Of a stretch of 64,000 nucleotides of DNA, positions 51,101 through 64,000 are shown piece by piece (within the stretch, counting starts at the first letter, position 1; every line of letters begins with the position of its first letter). The position numbers and the translations under genes were made by a program. The notes beneath the pieces are model-generated. The model made no database searches and had not been told where the DNA came from. It saw only the letters and a program-made list of their open reading frames with translations. The stretch lies in the NCBI GenBank assembly GCA_030141605.1, contig JAQGDQ010000201.1, positions 186,001-250,000 of the forward strand. The letters are read 5' to 3'. The stretch comes from Tubiluchus corallicola (Eukaryota > Animalia > Priapulida).

Positions 51101-54100
51101 AAACAACAATGGCATCATTACTTGTGTTAAAGTGAATCAGCTTATAGAGAACTGACCTTTACTCATCGTTTAATATGAAGTTTTTCAACCCAGATACGTT
51201 AGAAAATGATGTCATCAATCAGTAGTAAAACAAGACATCATAAAATTTATTGACAATATCTTGTAGCAGTTTTACAAGAAAAGTGAATGAGATTATTATA
51301 TAAATTTGCCAAGTTTTTACCACTGACAGTTTTTTAAGATCCAGGATTCCCTTTTTAAGTTTGGGACAATTGGGGAACACATTTTCTTCTTCTTCTTCCT
51401 CTCCCTCTTCCACATCACAAACCAAACATTGGACCTGTAGGAAAACCATTACCAATAAAAAATTATTACCAATACAATAGTCGCCGCTTAATAGACTCAT
51501 GGTTAATAGACTCAATCACTTAATTGACTCAAAAACGCCTGGAACGGGCCGCTTCTATTCAAATATACATAAAAACTATCGGTAATTGACTCAAATAACT
51601 TCGCTTAATTGACTCAATACTTTTCCTTCACGCACTTAAAATAAGACATTTGCATGTGCCCAAACAGCCTTTCCTACTTTTATGTCATCTTTACTTCCCT
51701 TTTGTGCATTACATATGTAGAAACAATCATGTTAAGTACCATTTTGTTTGTTTATCATGCGCTAATACGCTAGTGTAACGGTTTTGTTTTGAATCTGTTA
51801 CCCGTTCGCCCACTGCAATTAACCTCGTTACCCAAAGAATTTCTGGAAGCTAAACATTTAATCACTTGCTTAGCGGCTTCCTTTTGATGCTCTAGTTGAG
51901 TTAATAGCCAAAAATGCAGGTACAGTAATCAGCCAGTATTCCTTGTGACTTACAAGAGTAAACATCATACAGCAAATAAGGGCATAGAGTAGAGAAGTTT
52001 GAAAAATAGAACCCTGTGATCAATGCATTATTCGAACACTGAAGGCATACTATAGAAGAGAAATGCGGGGGAGAGTGTTAGAAGCAATGGGTTCAGACGA
52101 TGCCATTGATCAATTAAGCGCAAACGACTTAGCCAACAAAACTAGCCTCCTGAATGCTTTACCTTTACTGGTTATGTCACAGAGCAATGTAAGTGAGCAG
52201 ATGATTCAGAACTGTTTTAGTCATGCCTGATTCACTTGTGATTCAATTCCCACTACGTTGCAAGAGATAAGCCTGTTACCATCTGCTCCACCTGGTATGA
52301 GCAGCAGCGAGTTTGAGACTAGGTGGAAATTGATTTGGCCATTCAGGTCACGTCGCAAATAACCGATGACGAAATCATCACCATTACAAGGAGGAGTCAA
52401 GAAGAACCTAAAGAGGCCACTTGCGACGAAACAAGGGTACCACCAACTGCAGCCCAAGCATGCCAAGCACTAAATGTTTTACGAGAATACGTGCATCACA
52501 CAGCTACAGATTTTCAACATTTTTATAATTACGAGAACTATGTGAGCCAACTTCTTCGTGAGAAAATGAAGCAGCCAACTTTGAAGGAATTTTTGCATTT
52601 TTTGCAAATAAACAGACTTGTGTGATTTATAAATGTATACTTTTTAAGTTATTGTTAATTCACTTATATATAAATTTTAGTTCACTCGCTGCATTTATGA
52701 TTTAAACAGATTGCTTGCTTTTTTGTTGTTGCATTCATGACGTGTTCAGTTGTTGTTTTAATTTTTAATTGCATTATTTGCTTGCTATTTTTTTCATTGG
52801 TATCATTATAATATAACTGCTTTGCATTTGTTTATTTGCTACACTTAAAACATAACCACGTATTTATTCACCTAACCATGTAGTCTGCCGTGTTTTATAA
52901 TATTTCTAAGTTATATAGGGGTGGCTGACTCGATGACCTCCTGGTCTTTCGCCACCCCATCTTTACATACTTTACACAATTTGTTGTATTTGCGCTGTAA
53001 ATATTGTATTAGAGATGAATAAACCTTTGAATTGAATTGAATTGAACTAAAAGGCAATGTTTTAACACAGAGAATCTTTGCATTTTTCCTCGCTTTTCTC
53101 CTCTTACACAATGCACACAATTGCTGAACTGCAGTGATACAAACTGTTAGCATGTAACATAAATTTGTTATCACACGACATGTGTAGTGACATACTCATA
53201 GAGCAGTTAACGAGTGTGTATTTCTATAAAATTGGCTTGGGAGTACGAAAATAGCAGATGGCCAAAAAAGCCGTGAAAAATTTATAAGTTTTCATTGCAG
53301 TCATTGATATGTATGGCTAAAACACTAAAGAACTGCAATAAAATACTAATTGTGACATCAAATTACAAGAACAAGATTATAATTTAATTACAAAAAATTT
53401 AAAAATTGCCCCTTCTAAAAGAAATTTAAATATGCACAACAATAGAACTAAACAGACAGACAAAAAATAAAAAAAATCTGACAGATAGTGCAAACTACTG
53501 GATGGCTTGTCGGAGCTGTAATATACACTAAAAGATGGCTGAATTTTTAGTATATCTAGTTCTGGAAAAATTTTGAGAACTGTGACACTGTGTGGGCGAT
53601 GACAATAAAATAATCTTTAGCTGCTAGCTTAATATGATGTTAATGACGATTACACTATGCAGTGTACACAGCTGTACTTCTGGCTCAATGTTCAGACAAA
53701 AACACACTACACAGGGCTTTAATAATGCTTGCTTACATGGACAAAAAATATTAAATTAAAATTAAGAGCATAAACATGATACATATTCGGAAAGCTGAAT
53801 GTACTTTCACCTGTTCAGTCCACCAAGGTTTCCAGGGTTCAACTAACCCACCCACCATTCCGCTCTTTACCGCATTGTGAAATTCTTCTCGTTCAGCTTC
53901 TGTGAGATGTGCCCATATCTCTTCTGGGTTTCCATCTAGATCAACACCTGCAGTTTGACACAATAGCAAGTTTGAAACATATGTCTTTATCCAAAATATG
54001 TGTGATTAACTTGTGCTAGTAATGCACTAAAATCAGCTTCCTCTAGCAAGAACACTGTAAACCAAAGAGATTGATAATTTAATCCACAAGGCAAGGGAAA

Positions 54101-55875
54101 GAAAAGGGAAGTTTAAAGTATATCACAGAAAACCTTCTATACAAAGTTACATTACCTACTAATATATATATATATATATATATTTAGAATATATATTTAA
54201 ATATATTTAGAAAGTCAAACATTCAGTCATACACTTATATATGTATGCTATCCAAAATTATAAAATGAGCTGTAATTATAAAAAATATAATTATAAAATT
54301 AACTTCACACCCCTTAATCATTTACGCATAACACAATTAATATTATTTTTGACGTAATTAAACTTTTTTCCGAATTCATTGGAATTTTCTTGACTTATTC
54401 AGCTGTCTGAAACCGAAAGGAATGTTTTTCATATAAACTCAGCAGTAAAACAACTAAAACACCTTGCATTCTTTCTTCAAGACTAAGCTCCTCGTGTTCC
54501 TCTGCATCAAGACACTCTTCCATCTCCAAACCATCGTCTTCCACTTGTTTCAAGATTTTCAACATTTTCCGCCTCTGCACTTCTTTGCTTTGACTACAAA
54601 AAAAGGAAACATATTTACATACTTTACTTCATTTTACTTTACTGATACAGTGATGAAAGCTTTAAAGTTTATTCACTATTTTAACATATTACAAGAATTT
54701 TATATTTGGTCAACAACATAGCCCCAATGTCTCCAAGCAAGATTTGCCAAAATGAACTTGCAGTACAAGGAGGAGCAACACCTAGCAATATGCAATTAAA
54801 CGTTTGTGCATGAAATTCTAGACTGTTCAATATTTTCGTGAGAATCAGCCAAAAACTCATCTAAATTAAAAGACAAAATAAATATTCCACTTAAAATGTT
54901 ACTAATTATTAGATAAGAGTGACTTGCATGGCAGAGATCATAATGTCTTTGAACAAAGCATAAAGTATCTGGGAAAATTCATTGATAAAAAATTATTGTC
55001 ACCTTTGTTCTTGTTGCTGCAACTGTTGCATAAAACATTCTTTGTAAAATTCATCAGAGCACTGAATGTGGGCATCTCCCTTGTAACAGTCTGTAGAACA
55101 ATACGGCACTTTACATTTTGGGCAAGTATATTTTGACTGTGACTTTAGGCATCTAGGATAAAAATAAACATAGTATTACACAAAAACCAGGCCAGTTTTA
55201 TCATATCAGTTAATACAACATTATGTTCAGAGTTATACAAAAATATTGTATCATTTACTATTTAACATATTAAAAGGATAGCTGACTAGATGACCTCTTG
55301 GTCAGCTCACTATCCTCTCTCCCTTTCACTTATTTGTAACAATTAGGCCCTATTTACTTGTATACTGTTGAACTATTGCACCATTGCAAACTGACTGGAG
55401 ATGTGGTTATTGTATACTTTGTAGAAGGAAAAAACTAAATTTTAATTCAATTCAATTCAAAGGGTAGAGAATAAGCTCGGGTTATATACTTTTGTGAGAC
55501 AGACTAATGAAGAGGTTTAAGTACCTAGAACTATTTATTTGTATCATTACTTTGAACTATGTTGCTTTACTTTACACTATACTAAACATCTATAATAAAA
55601 ATAAACACAGTGTTACACAAAAATCTGACCAAATTTGTGATATTAGTTATTATATAAATTATATTCACAGTTGTGCAGATATTAAAACAAAAAGTACAAC
55701 ACATAAATTGATATAACAGTTTAACACTATGATATAATGATAAAAAGGCCTCACTAAGGCAAGGACATAATAACCGAATTTGCAGGAAGTTAGTAGAAGG
55801 ATACACGCAAAATAAAGGTAAATTAGCAATTTTTGAAATGGCTTACAATTTGCAAATAGTAAAGTCTGAATCCAT
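48154..55875 (-). CDS. ZNHIT2: Zinc finger HIT domain-containing protein 2, ~396 aa, 9 coding exons
   Basis: Exons 55875-55847, 55152-55003, 54593-54463, 53947-53811, 51434-51321, 50830-50621, 49265-49103, 48626-48489 and 48272-48154 (1191 nt). zf-HIT CKLC..KYTCPKCKVPYCSTDCYK..HIQCSDEFYK; KMLKILK; IWAHLTEAEREEF; WKPWW; YNILSSLYAYAY..RLYNGD; KKLDFYLGW; ends LIEEL*. Confidence 0.9.
49405..50122. mobile_element. hAT-like MITE in a ZNHIT2 intron
   Basis: Inverted termini gcggatccagaa and ttctggatccg; direct repeat tagaattt at 49397-49404 and 50123-50130 (candidate 8-bp TSD). Confidence 0.65.
51475..52625 (+). mobile_element. Tigger/pogo-like DNA transposon remnant
   Basis: TA followed by caatagtcgccgcttaat with repeated subterminal (g)cttaat(t/a)gactca motifs. 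Degenerate transposase C-terminus LKAYYRR..., NVSEQMIQNCFSHA, PTAAQACQALNVLREY, and KQPTLKEF (PIP-box-like). Confidence 0.8.
52911..53047 (+). mobile_element. CR1-type LINE/SINE 3' end
   Basis: Hairpin ggggtggc...gactcgatgacctcctggtctttc...gccacccc resembles the CR1 3' UTR motif GACTCGATGA..GGTCTTT, followed by AATAAA and a (ttgaa)n tail. Confidence 0.7.
55270..55460 (+). mobile_element. CR1-type LINE/SINE 3' end, second diverged copy
   Basis: ggatagctgactagatgacctcttggtcagctcactatcc hairpin and (aattc)n tail. Confidence 0.65.
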
Positions 55876-56219
55876 TTTGTTGTCTCTATTGACAGCTAAC
55901 GACTGGCTCACTAACAATTCACTCACTAACTTTATGTGTTACAGCCTTCAATTTGATCAAGTTAACGCATTATTTCAAAGAACAAATATCGCCCAATTTA
56001 GAATTATTAAATATTAATATTACTGATACAGTTATGCACTCTGTCGTACATATAACTCATTTAAAATTGACGTCCAAGATTAGATTATTATTCTTTATTA
56101 GATTCAACCGAATGCCACATTGTTATTTATTAAACGCTTTTCAAAACTAAATGTTAAATTCCTTTCATCAACACTCTAACCATAAAACACGAGCGCTGAC
56201 ATTTTACAATACGATTGTG

Positions 56220-57144
56220 GGGCGCCGAGTAATCCACTAGCCGAAGTGGGACACTTCGGGTAAAACGCATGTGCGGCTAAATTTGTTTTAGAAAAAAGTA
56301 ACTTTATAATAATGATGGATACATTGGATAGTCCTTGACAATTTACAAATGTATTTTTTACAACAATATAATCGTAATCATTCGAAGCAACTGGAAATCT
56401 GCTGTTACGACAGCCATTAACAGAGCGAAGAAACGAGGGAGAAAAAACAAGAGGACAAAAGGACTCGTAGGCATCAGAAAGATGCCCTACCTCACCCGGA
56501 TGAAACAGCCTTCCAATGTGCAACCTGCAGCCGGAACTGCAGCTCAAGGATCGGACAGCTCAGTCACAGTCGACGCTGCAGCTCCATCAATTTGATTAAT
56601 AACTAACGTTCTTGGTGCACAATCAATTGTCTTTCGAGACAGAAGGATGCCAACAACAACAATAATCATTATTATTAGCTTCATAAATATCATCATAATA
56701 TCAAGCTAAGTATCTAATGCTTTAAAGAGAGAAACTATGTAGGGCACATAACTCGCTAACACGTTTAGTTAGTATAAAACAATTACTTGTCCAAGAGGGA
56801 GTGAAAGGGATTACCTGTCTGTGAAGCAAGACAAAATAAAAAAGGATATACCTTAAGCAAATGTTGCAATCACCTAAAAAGTGTGCTATTTCACTTCAAA
56901 GAAGCTTAATATTGGCAAATATTAGTTCTTCTAGCTCAGAATAAAATTATTTTATTTTATCAGTTGTATAATAAAATTATTCAACGTGTATTGACGTTTT
57001 TAATTATTATTATTACATAAACAAGGGCAAACGGACAGTGCCAGTACGCTTAGCGACTCATTTCGCGACATGTCTCTAGTGTCCTATTTGGGCAACCCAT
57101 GTACGCCAATTCTCTTGCTTCGGCTAGTGACTTACTCGGCGCCC
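56220..57144. mobile_element. Unclassified inverted-repeat-bounded element upstream of ZNHIT2
   Basis: gggcgccgagtaatccactagccgaag (about 56220-56246) is inverted at about 57118-57144 (cttcggctagtgacttactcggcgccc) with 2 mismatches. Confidence 0.6.
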
Positions 57145-57399
57145 AACAACGACAACTTCGTACAAAATCTGTCTGAAATTAACGCTACACTTGCCGTGAG
57201 CACTGTTTGCGACTGGTGTACTATTGTTGAACGGTTAAAAAATTCAACTCATGCCGCTAGGAGATCTTAACAAAAACAATTCAAATCTTATAAAGATATT
57301 TCAAACCAACAAAATTCACATATTAGCTACTTTTTTGCTTTTCATTATTTTCAATTTAGTCCTGGTGCAATAGTGAACCAACACAGAAAGGCTTGAACC

Positions 57400-58100
57400 A
57401 CAATAAATCCATGAGACCTGAAGAACTGCATTCCAGAAACTGCATCCTAAACGTCCCATGATCCAAAGGCTCTGCTTTCGTCATAAAACTAATTTTCGGT
57501 CGAACTATAAGTGGTTCTATAGGAAGCAGTGCTTCGCGAATTTTCTTGTTGTCAACCAAAGATTTTCTGTCAAAACCTTTTACATCCTAAACATCAAAAA
57601 TTCTAATGCCTCGCTTGCAATTATTAATTGAAAGGTACTGGAAGATTGATTTTTGTGGATAACATACTACATTCCCCAGAAGATATGTTATATCAAAGAT
57701 CTTGGAGAATTCAATTGTAAAATTATACGACCATTATACCAGCATTATGAATTAGATACTCCTTATAAATAATGTTTCAGTGCCAATTTGTCAGATAGCA
57801 AGAAGATAATAGGAACTTAAAACAAGTCACCTTCTATTTTGAGAGTGGTAGTCCACTTGTTTGAAGAGGTTTGGTACATCTGCTCTACAAAGTGTTGCCA
57901 AAGATTATTATTACTAAAATGATGGTGCCGCTCTTCTAACGTGGTTGTCTTATATGCACATCCTGAAGATATGATGGAGAAACTGATTAATCATTATTCG
58001 TCTCTGTTTGAGTTAAAAAGAGTTGTTTCATGGTGGGACTGTGCTTCAAACAGCTTCTTCACAACAAATTTAAAAGCAAAGCATAGAGTATTGACTCAGA
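57400..58100 (+). mobile_element. Possible highly decayed BEL/Pao LTR retrotransposon pol fragment
   Basis: Ordered degenerate motifs MPRLQL (compare IPRLEL) and LINHYSSLFELKRVVSWW (compare RYSSW.KL.RV.AW); many stops and frameshifts. Confidence 0.4.
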
Positions 58101-59394
58101 CTTATCAGCCAGTTGCTGACTTGAAAGTACCAGTTGACCAAATATGTTCAGATGAAGAGCTTCCTTCGAGAAGTCAAGTCACAATAATTACGTAACTGCT
58201 AAATTCTCAGTGATTCTGCCAAAAGGCCACACAGACTATCGAATTGTGCATCAACACCATTGAACAAAGTGACATTGTTTTATTTTATTTCATGCTAATA
58301 TGACTTTGGATAAAATCAATATTGCTATTACTAATGGCATATGTTACTATTTCATACAAAAGAGTCAATAGGGTACATTCTATTCTTTGTCATGAGTTCT
58401 TTTTTAAATTCCGATGCAAAGTTTAGAGACCATTTTTACGTTCCCTGCTAGAGTAACTTTCAATTATGAAACATAAATTACCATCAGTTTAATGTAAACT
58501 ACTGTAAACCTTGGGGTTTTTGTACTTTAACGAAGATAATTTCCAAAAGGAAAGCTAGCTGAATTCAGCAGGAACAATTCTGATTCAAAATCATCAAGGC
58601 TGTGGAAGATAAAAGAGTAAGAACCATCTCATTTAAATTTACCTATATCTGAAAACCAAGACAAAAATATATACATGTAATACTTACTTGACATTTTTTT
58701 TAAATCTTATACATGACTTACAGTCTGCACAAGGTACTGCAATGTACGTACAAATAGTCAGATACAGAAAAAAAAGGAAAACGTCGAGGCTCCTATGCAG
58801 TTACTATAGCATAATTCTTACTTACAAGCCTATTAAACTTCCAATGTACAATTCAATAATTACACCCTGGATTTATCAGAAAACAAGTTTTAACAGTACA
58901 ATAGCGTATAGCTCTTTTACCAGCTAGCAAACTTGTCAGAACACAAAATTATAACTATTGAGTTGTTCAGAACAATTTGTGACTTTGCAGATAGCCCATG
59001 AGGTGCTATGACCTCAATGAAGAACACAATTGCTAAACTTGCAAAAGTATTAGTATCACCATAACCATAACGCAGCTCACACAAAACCGCAAGGTTATGC
59101 AAACGACAAACTGTTCAGAACACAGATCAATCACATTCAAGCAAACAGGACACATTGACTAACATTTTTTATTTTTAAAATTAACAACAAAAAGTTATAC
59201 AAAACTTTCATGAATTATATACACGTAATTGAGCTCTGGTCCACAATTTCACATATGCGTAGTGTCTAGAGTGTCATTTACTTCACAAACAGCACTGACA
59301 GAATGGAGATTGGCAGCATTAGTTAAACGTTCTTATGGCACTGATGTGCCCAGATGCCAATTGACTGTACCCGTAAATATTGCGAAATATTGCT

Positions 59395-62300
59395 TCAGAA
59401 CACCAATTTCTTAGCCAGTGAACCTAAAAAATAAATTCCAGTTTGAGTTCAAAAAAAGGTTTCAAATTTAACAGTATTTTAGGCTGAAAATAGAAATTTA
59501 TCATTTGAATTTCCAATCTTTACATTTTAGCTATAATATTCAGAAATGGAGGAAAGATATACCTGTATAATGAAGGCTTTTACGGAATAAAACTCTATCA
59601 AAATCTTAAAAGGAAATTAGTTATGAGTTGCCACACTGACATTACAGAGCACTGTACCAATGATAAAAGTCAACCTTGGTTAAAATTATCAGAGGTTTGA
59701 GTGACACACTACACAGATCCAGTAGAGTAAAGAATTAAGTCATTTAGTTTTCAAAATTGCAACTAACCAGAGTCAGTATCATTTCGTCGCTTCAGATTTG
59801 GCTTTGCTTGATTCTCCTTCAATGCATCAGTCACAGAATTTGGTAGAGGAAGTAGAGAGCATCGCGTAGGCGGCGGTTTACTGCTAAAGTAACTCATTTT
59901 CAGTGCCTGTCAAATGAAACACTGCCAAGTAAAATTAAACATATGTGAAAAATGCATTTGGAAATTGAGTGCAGATTAGGCACATCTAATCAACATGAAT
60001 AATTAATGTTTTATTTAATTTTCACATCACATAACTTGAACTGCATTTGCTGCCCAAAAATCTTTTGTTCCCCATTCATGAACTAACTAACAATATTTGC
60101 CAGCAACAGATATTATGCTTCAACAGTGGCATAGTGAGCAAGGGTGGTATCCCCCTGGTGGCACATTTCAGAGTGCAGCATGGCATTTTGGTAAAGTGCA
60201 CTAAAAATCTGTCGGAATAGTAGAAAAGTGTTACAAAGCTTACATAGTGCATGTATAGTAGGCAAATATCATTGCCAAACTTGCATGTCCATAATTGTTA
60301 TCGGCATAGTGAGGTATAATTTGTCTACCATAATTTGTGGGTCAATTGTTGTAGACATTCACATTTTCATTGTTTTTAAATTGTTCAATCTTGCACATCT
60401 TAGATTCTTAGTTGCATATTTTTATAATCATATTCTTTCATGTGTTAGCATTTGAAGAAGCTTTTGAGTGGGCATATCACAGCTTCTGAAGCATGCAGGG
60501 AGAATTTAATTACTCTCAAACCATTTTTTCAGCAGTGCTTTATTATTTTACCAGTTTATCTCCACAGTTAACTTATCGCAGCTGCAATGCAGCACCTCTA
60601 AATTATACAAATCTAAAATTACAAGGATGTTGTTACATTGTATTTTTCATGGAAGGTGACAAACTCAAGTGCCACCCAAGAGGCGACAAAGTCGTGCCGT
60701 CCCAGCTCCATGAGCTCTAGCTACGCCATTGTCTTTGAAGTCACACATTATTTTTTAATTAGATATGCAATGAGAATGTTGCTAGTTTAAGCAAAACTAC
60801 ACTTTGCCAACAGCAAACATTGCTAATGGCACACGGTATATAGGTCATACAAACACACACTGATATTTGGGCATAAACAAATGTAACGGAATGAAACCAA
60901 GCTCAATGACAATCCGTCCTGATAACAATTATGCACTGGCAATTCCATTAAATGCAAACTTAGATGCTTGTTGTACATATGAGTTAACTGCTGTAATTTT
61001 AGTTTTTAGTAAGTCTACTTTATTGCTCAATGGAAAAGACATTTAGTTTGGAAACATGCAACTGGCTGTCACTATTTTATATAATTAGCTTTAACTAACT
61101 AGGCATAAACACTTAATTTTGGATGAATTAAATTTGTGTGCATTTGTATTTTGCTGCTGTTTGGTTGTGTTTAATTTGTGTGCAAGTTCTCTGCTGCTAC
61201 AAAAATATACAAGATATTAAATTACAAGTACAGTAACTGAATAATAAAAATCAAATAGAGTTTGTAACGAACAGAAGCAGGCAGTCACACAGCAAGTCTT
61301 AACTGTCCTAGCCCCACCAGCAATAAATAAATTAACTCATTTTTTCAAAAGTAAACAATCCTTTGCAGCAATGCCGAAATGCCCTGTTTTCCTAAGCATA
61401 GAGATGCAAAAACACAAGTGTCTTGTCTCATCCCAAAATCGGTAACAGAACAAAGCTTGTGTATTGGTAGTGCTGGTTTGCACCTGTCACCTTATCAATT
61501 TATTGCTAAGTGTCAGGTTGATCAAGTCACAAAATTAATAAAAGCTTAATAACTTCGCATGGTTAATGAGACTAGGTAATTATGTAGCAGGTAATGAGAA
61601 GAAAATTGTAACACTGGTGTGTGATTACGATTATATTTGGAGGAACTTAATTAAAATTAAAGGAAAATGTGGTTTTCACGTGATCATATTTTTGTGTGAA
61701 AATTATATGCATGTAATAAGTGAAATAAAATTAAACAAAATTTATTATAGAGCAAAGAAATTTACATACAGCTATTAGAAAAGATGTGCATTACGAAGCA
61801 AGCCATTTACAAACCTGTGTAGCAGAACATCGCTGATTAGGATCTAGTACCAGCATTAACTGAAGCAAATCAAGAAGCTCGTCAGAAGCTGCAGTGAAGA
61901 TATCATTCAAAGGAACAACAGGAAAGTCTTTGAAAGCCACGTAATCTGGTAATTTTGTGACACCCTAGAAAAGAGTTCATTGATACAATTTTGCACAAAC
62001 ACGAAAAGAACAAATACCGTCTAGAAGACTAGTCAATCTTGCTACACAAACTACTTGACCTATTAACTGATGTAGCAGGTAAGCAGGTAAGCTGACTTAA
62101 GTTTATTAGTCACGCGATCCTCATATAATGATGAAATGCATTCATACGCAGTATCAACATTCAACATTAAAAATTAAACATATTAATAATTCATGTTAGA
62201 TACTATTTTTCTCGTTAGTTTTAGATCTTTAGGCACTGATGACAAAGGAGGTATCGAAAACAAACGTACAAACCAAAAAAAGCACAACTGAACCAGGCAT

Positions 62301-63507
62301 CATTATTACACTGAAAATTGATTTATTATACTACATACTGTAATGTAATGCTTAATAAAACTAAAGTGCGGTAATTTAATGCATTCCAAGTTAGTGTCAC
62401 TTATGCATCCACACGATCATACAAAACACTGTCATTCTCCAGTTCATCAGTGTTGAAGGAACATGTGGACACAAGGATGACAGTGAAATTTGAATGTCAT
62501 TCAAGTTTGAATTTCGTCAGTGTCGGTCGTCATTCTTGGAACAAACAGCCAGTAATAAAGTGCGCTGGTGACTCAGCTAGAAGACACCATTTGCAGCGGG
62601 TGGCAAGGTAGCCAAAATGCACGAAATCCCCGAAAAACCACACACTGTCAAAAAAATTAAAATTGCCTATTTGTTTTATAAAGTGCACGAGTGTCATCGA
62701 GTACAGAAACTGGTGTGTATGAAGAATTGAAGATGGAGTGCATACAGTGGAATAGGGAATTCATAACAGGGTTTATAGACACGTACAGGGTGATAGAAAT
62801 TCATAAAATGCTTACGGAATTTTTTTTACAAAAATAGAGACACCTAAGAGGTGGGATATCAAAATTTATTGTATCATACGCATGAAAATTACCCCCAAGC
62901 TCTCATACTGCTATTACCTCTACTTTTCTGTAAGAAAAGTGTAATTTTATCCAGCAAGTCACCAAACATTGTTGGTGTCATCTGCTTATCATTTAAAAAG
63001 TCATTTGGCGCTTCTGCTCTTAAGTCCTGAAATATGTGGTAATAGCTCACTTTTTTGTTTCTTCGTTGCAACCATTTTTAACCGATAACTTCTTCTTTCT
63101 TCCCTCTTAACTTCACAGAAACACATGCTGCAACCACTGCCAACAAAGTTCATTTTCGTGCAAACCGCTTTGGTGCCATTTCGGAATAGAGGTGAACAAT
63201 CCTTCAACAAATAGTTATATGCAAACTAACTGACGATGAAAACTAATTGTGTAGACAGAGTGTCATTCTTTTGAAGGATTGTGTGGATGGCCTATTAGTG
63301 GTCCCAGTAGTCTTTCTACTTTCAGCTACTTTAATATATCTCCACTGCCACATAAGTATACATTGTATCTGAAACTGTGAAATTTTATTAAGTAGTAGTG
63401 TAACAAGTTAAGTATTTTACCGGCCAATTTTTCTCGGTAGGATTACCAAACACTTGAAAGATTCGACTTAGTTGATCCAAATCACTATCACCTGGTAAAA
63501 ATGGGAC
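59395..63507 (-). CDS. CDK7: Cyclin-dependent kinase 7, last four coding exons (5' part outside window)
   Basis: Exons 63507-63421, 61964-61815, 59906-59768 and 59423-59395: [78 protein letters not shown]..-GSLAKKLVF*, matching the CDK7 C-lobe and KKL.F tail. Confidence 0.95.
60124..60731. mobile_element. hAT-like MITE in a CDK7 intron
   Basis: Termini cagtggcatag and ctacgccattg (CAGTGGCGTAG-type TIR); TSD degenerate. Confidence 0.6.
62404..63292 (-). mobile_element. PIF/Harbinger deletion derivative with transposase N-terminal remnant
   Basis: Imperfect TIRs catccacacgatcatacaaaa versus ggccatccacacaatccttcaaaa. Remnant [52 protein letters not shown] is typical of Harbinger transposases. 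Confidence 0.8.
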
Positions 63508-64000
63508 CTACAAGACAAAATTCAGTATTAGTACAGTTTGAAACAAATCATTTCATTCTGCTCTCCACTCGTAAGACTCATGTTACTCAGCATAATAACA
63601 AGCAGGATTCATTTAGGAACACTATATCAAAAATGCAATTAATAAGCTGTACAATCAATTATGTAATTGAAATAGGAATCAAATTATCTTGTGTCCATCC
63701 AAAGTAAAAAATATCATCCTTTCCTTTTGTTGGTATTTAGCAATCTGTAGTTTGATATTATCAACTCGAAGCCTATCTACAATAAATAAGAATCAGTATT
63801 AAGACAAAGTATTGCATTAGGGTTGACAATGATTGTAATAAACATGTGCACATGACCACCAATTTCGAAAGAAATTTGTTTGTACTTAATGCTACTCAAG
63901 TGAAACAACCACAAAATAATCATTGGTCCAGAATATCAACAGGCATTATAGTAATGCATGTTTAGTAGTATGAGGACATGCCATTTGATACAAGATGAAC

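Noticed and set aside
926-55875. Functional cluster of U5/tri-snRNP genes (SNRNP27 and ZNHIT2)
   Set aside because: They are 44 kb apart with unrelated genes between them; there is no evidence beyond coincidence.
62212-62268. Hammerhead-ribozyme-like core (ctgatga...gaaa)
   Set aside because: Stem III could partly pair but stems I and II do not form; a similar candidate at 21841 also fails.

Overview
AT-rich eukaryotic (invertebrate animal-like) genomic DNA with GT-AG introns. I reconstructed nine protein-coding loci by hand from splice sites and motifs: the 3' part of SNRNP27 (+), a SOX30/SoxH-like HMG-box gene (-) head-to-head with an intronless DOMON-domain gene (+), two divergently oriented two-pore K+ channel (K2P) paralogues, a secreted bacterial-type sphingomyelinase C-like EEP enzyme (+), a GT92/DUF23 glycosyltransferase (+), ZNHIT2 (-) and the 3' part of CDK7 (-). 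Introns and intergenic spaces are packed with transposon relics (non-LTR RT fragments, CR1 3' ends, Tc1/mariner, Tigger/pogo, PIF/Harbinger, hAT-like MITEs, a foldback-like element) and tandem repeats. The most notable items are the sphingomyelinase, whose introns are confined to the signal-peptide region (candidate domesticated horizontal transfer), the Sox30/DOMON 248-bp bidirectional promoter, the K2P pair, and an overlapping uORF on the GT92 gene. All family assignments come from motif recognition, not database searches.
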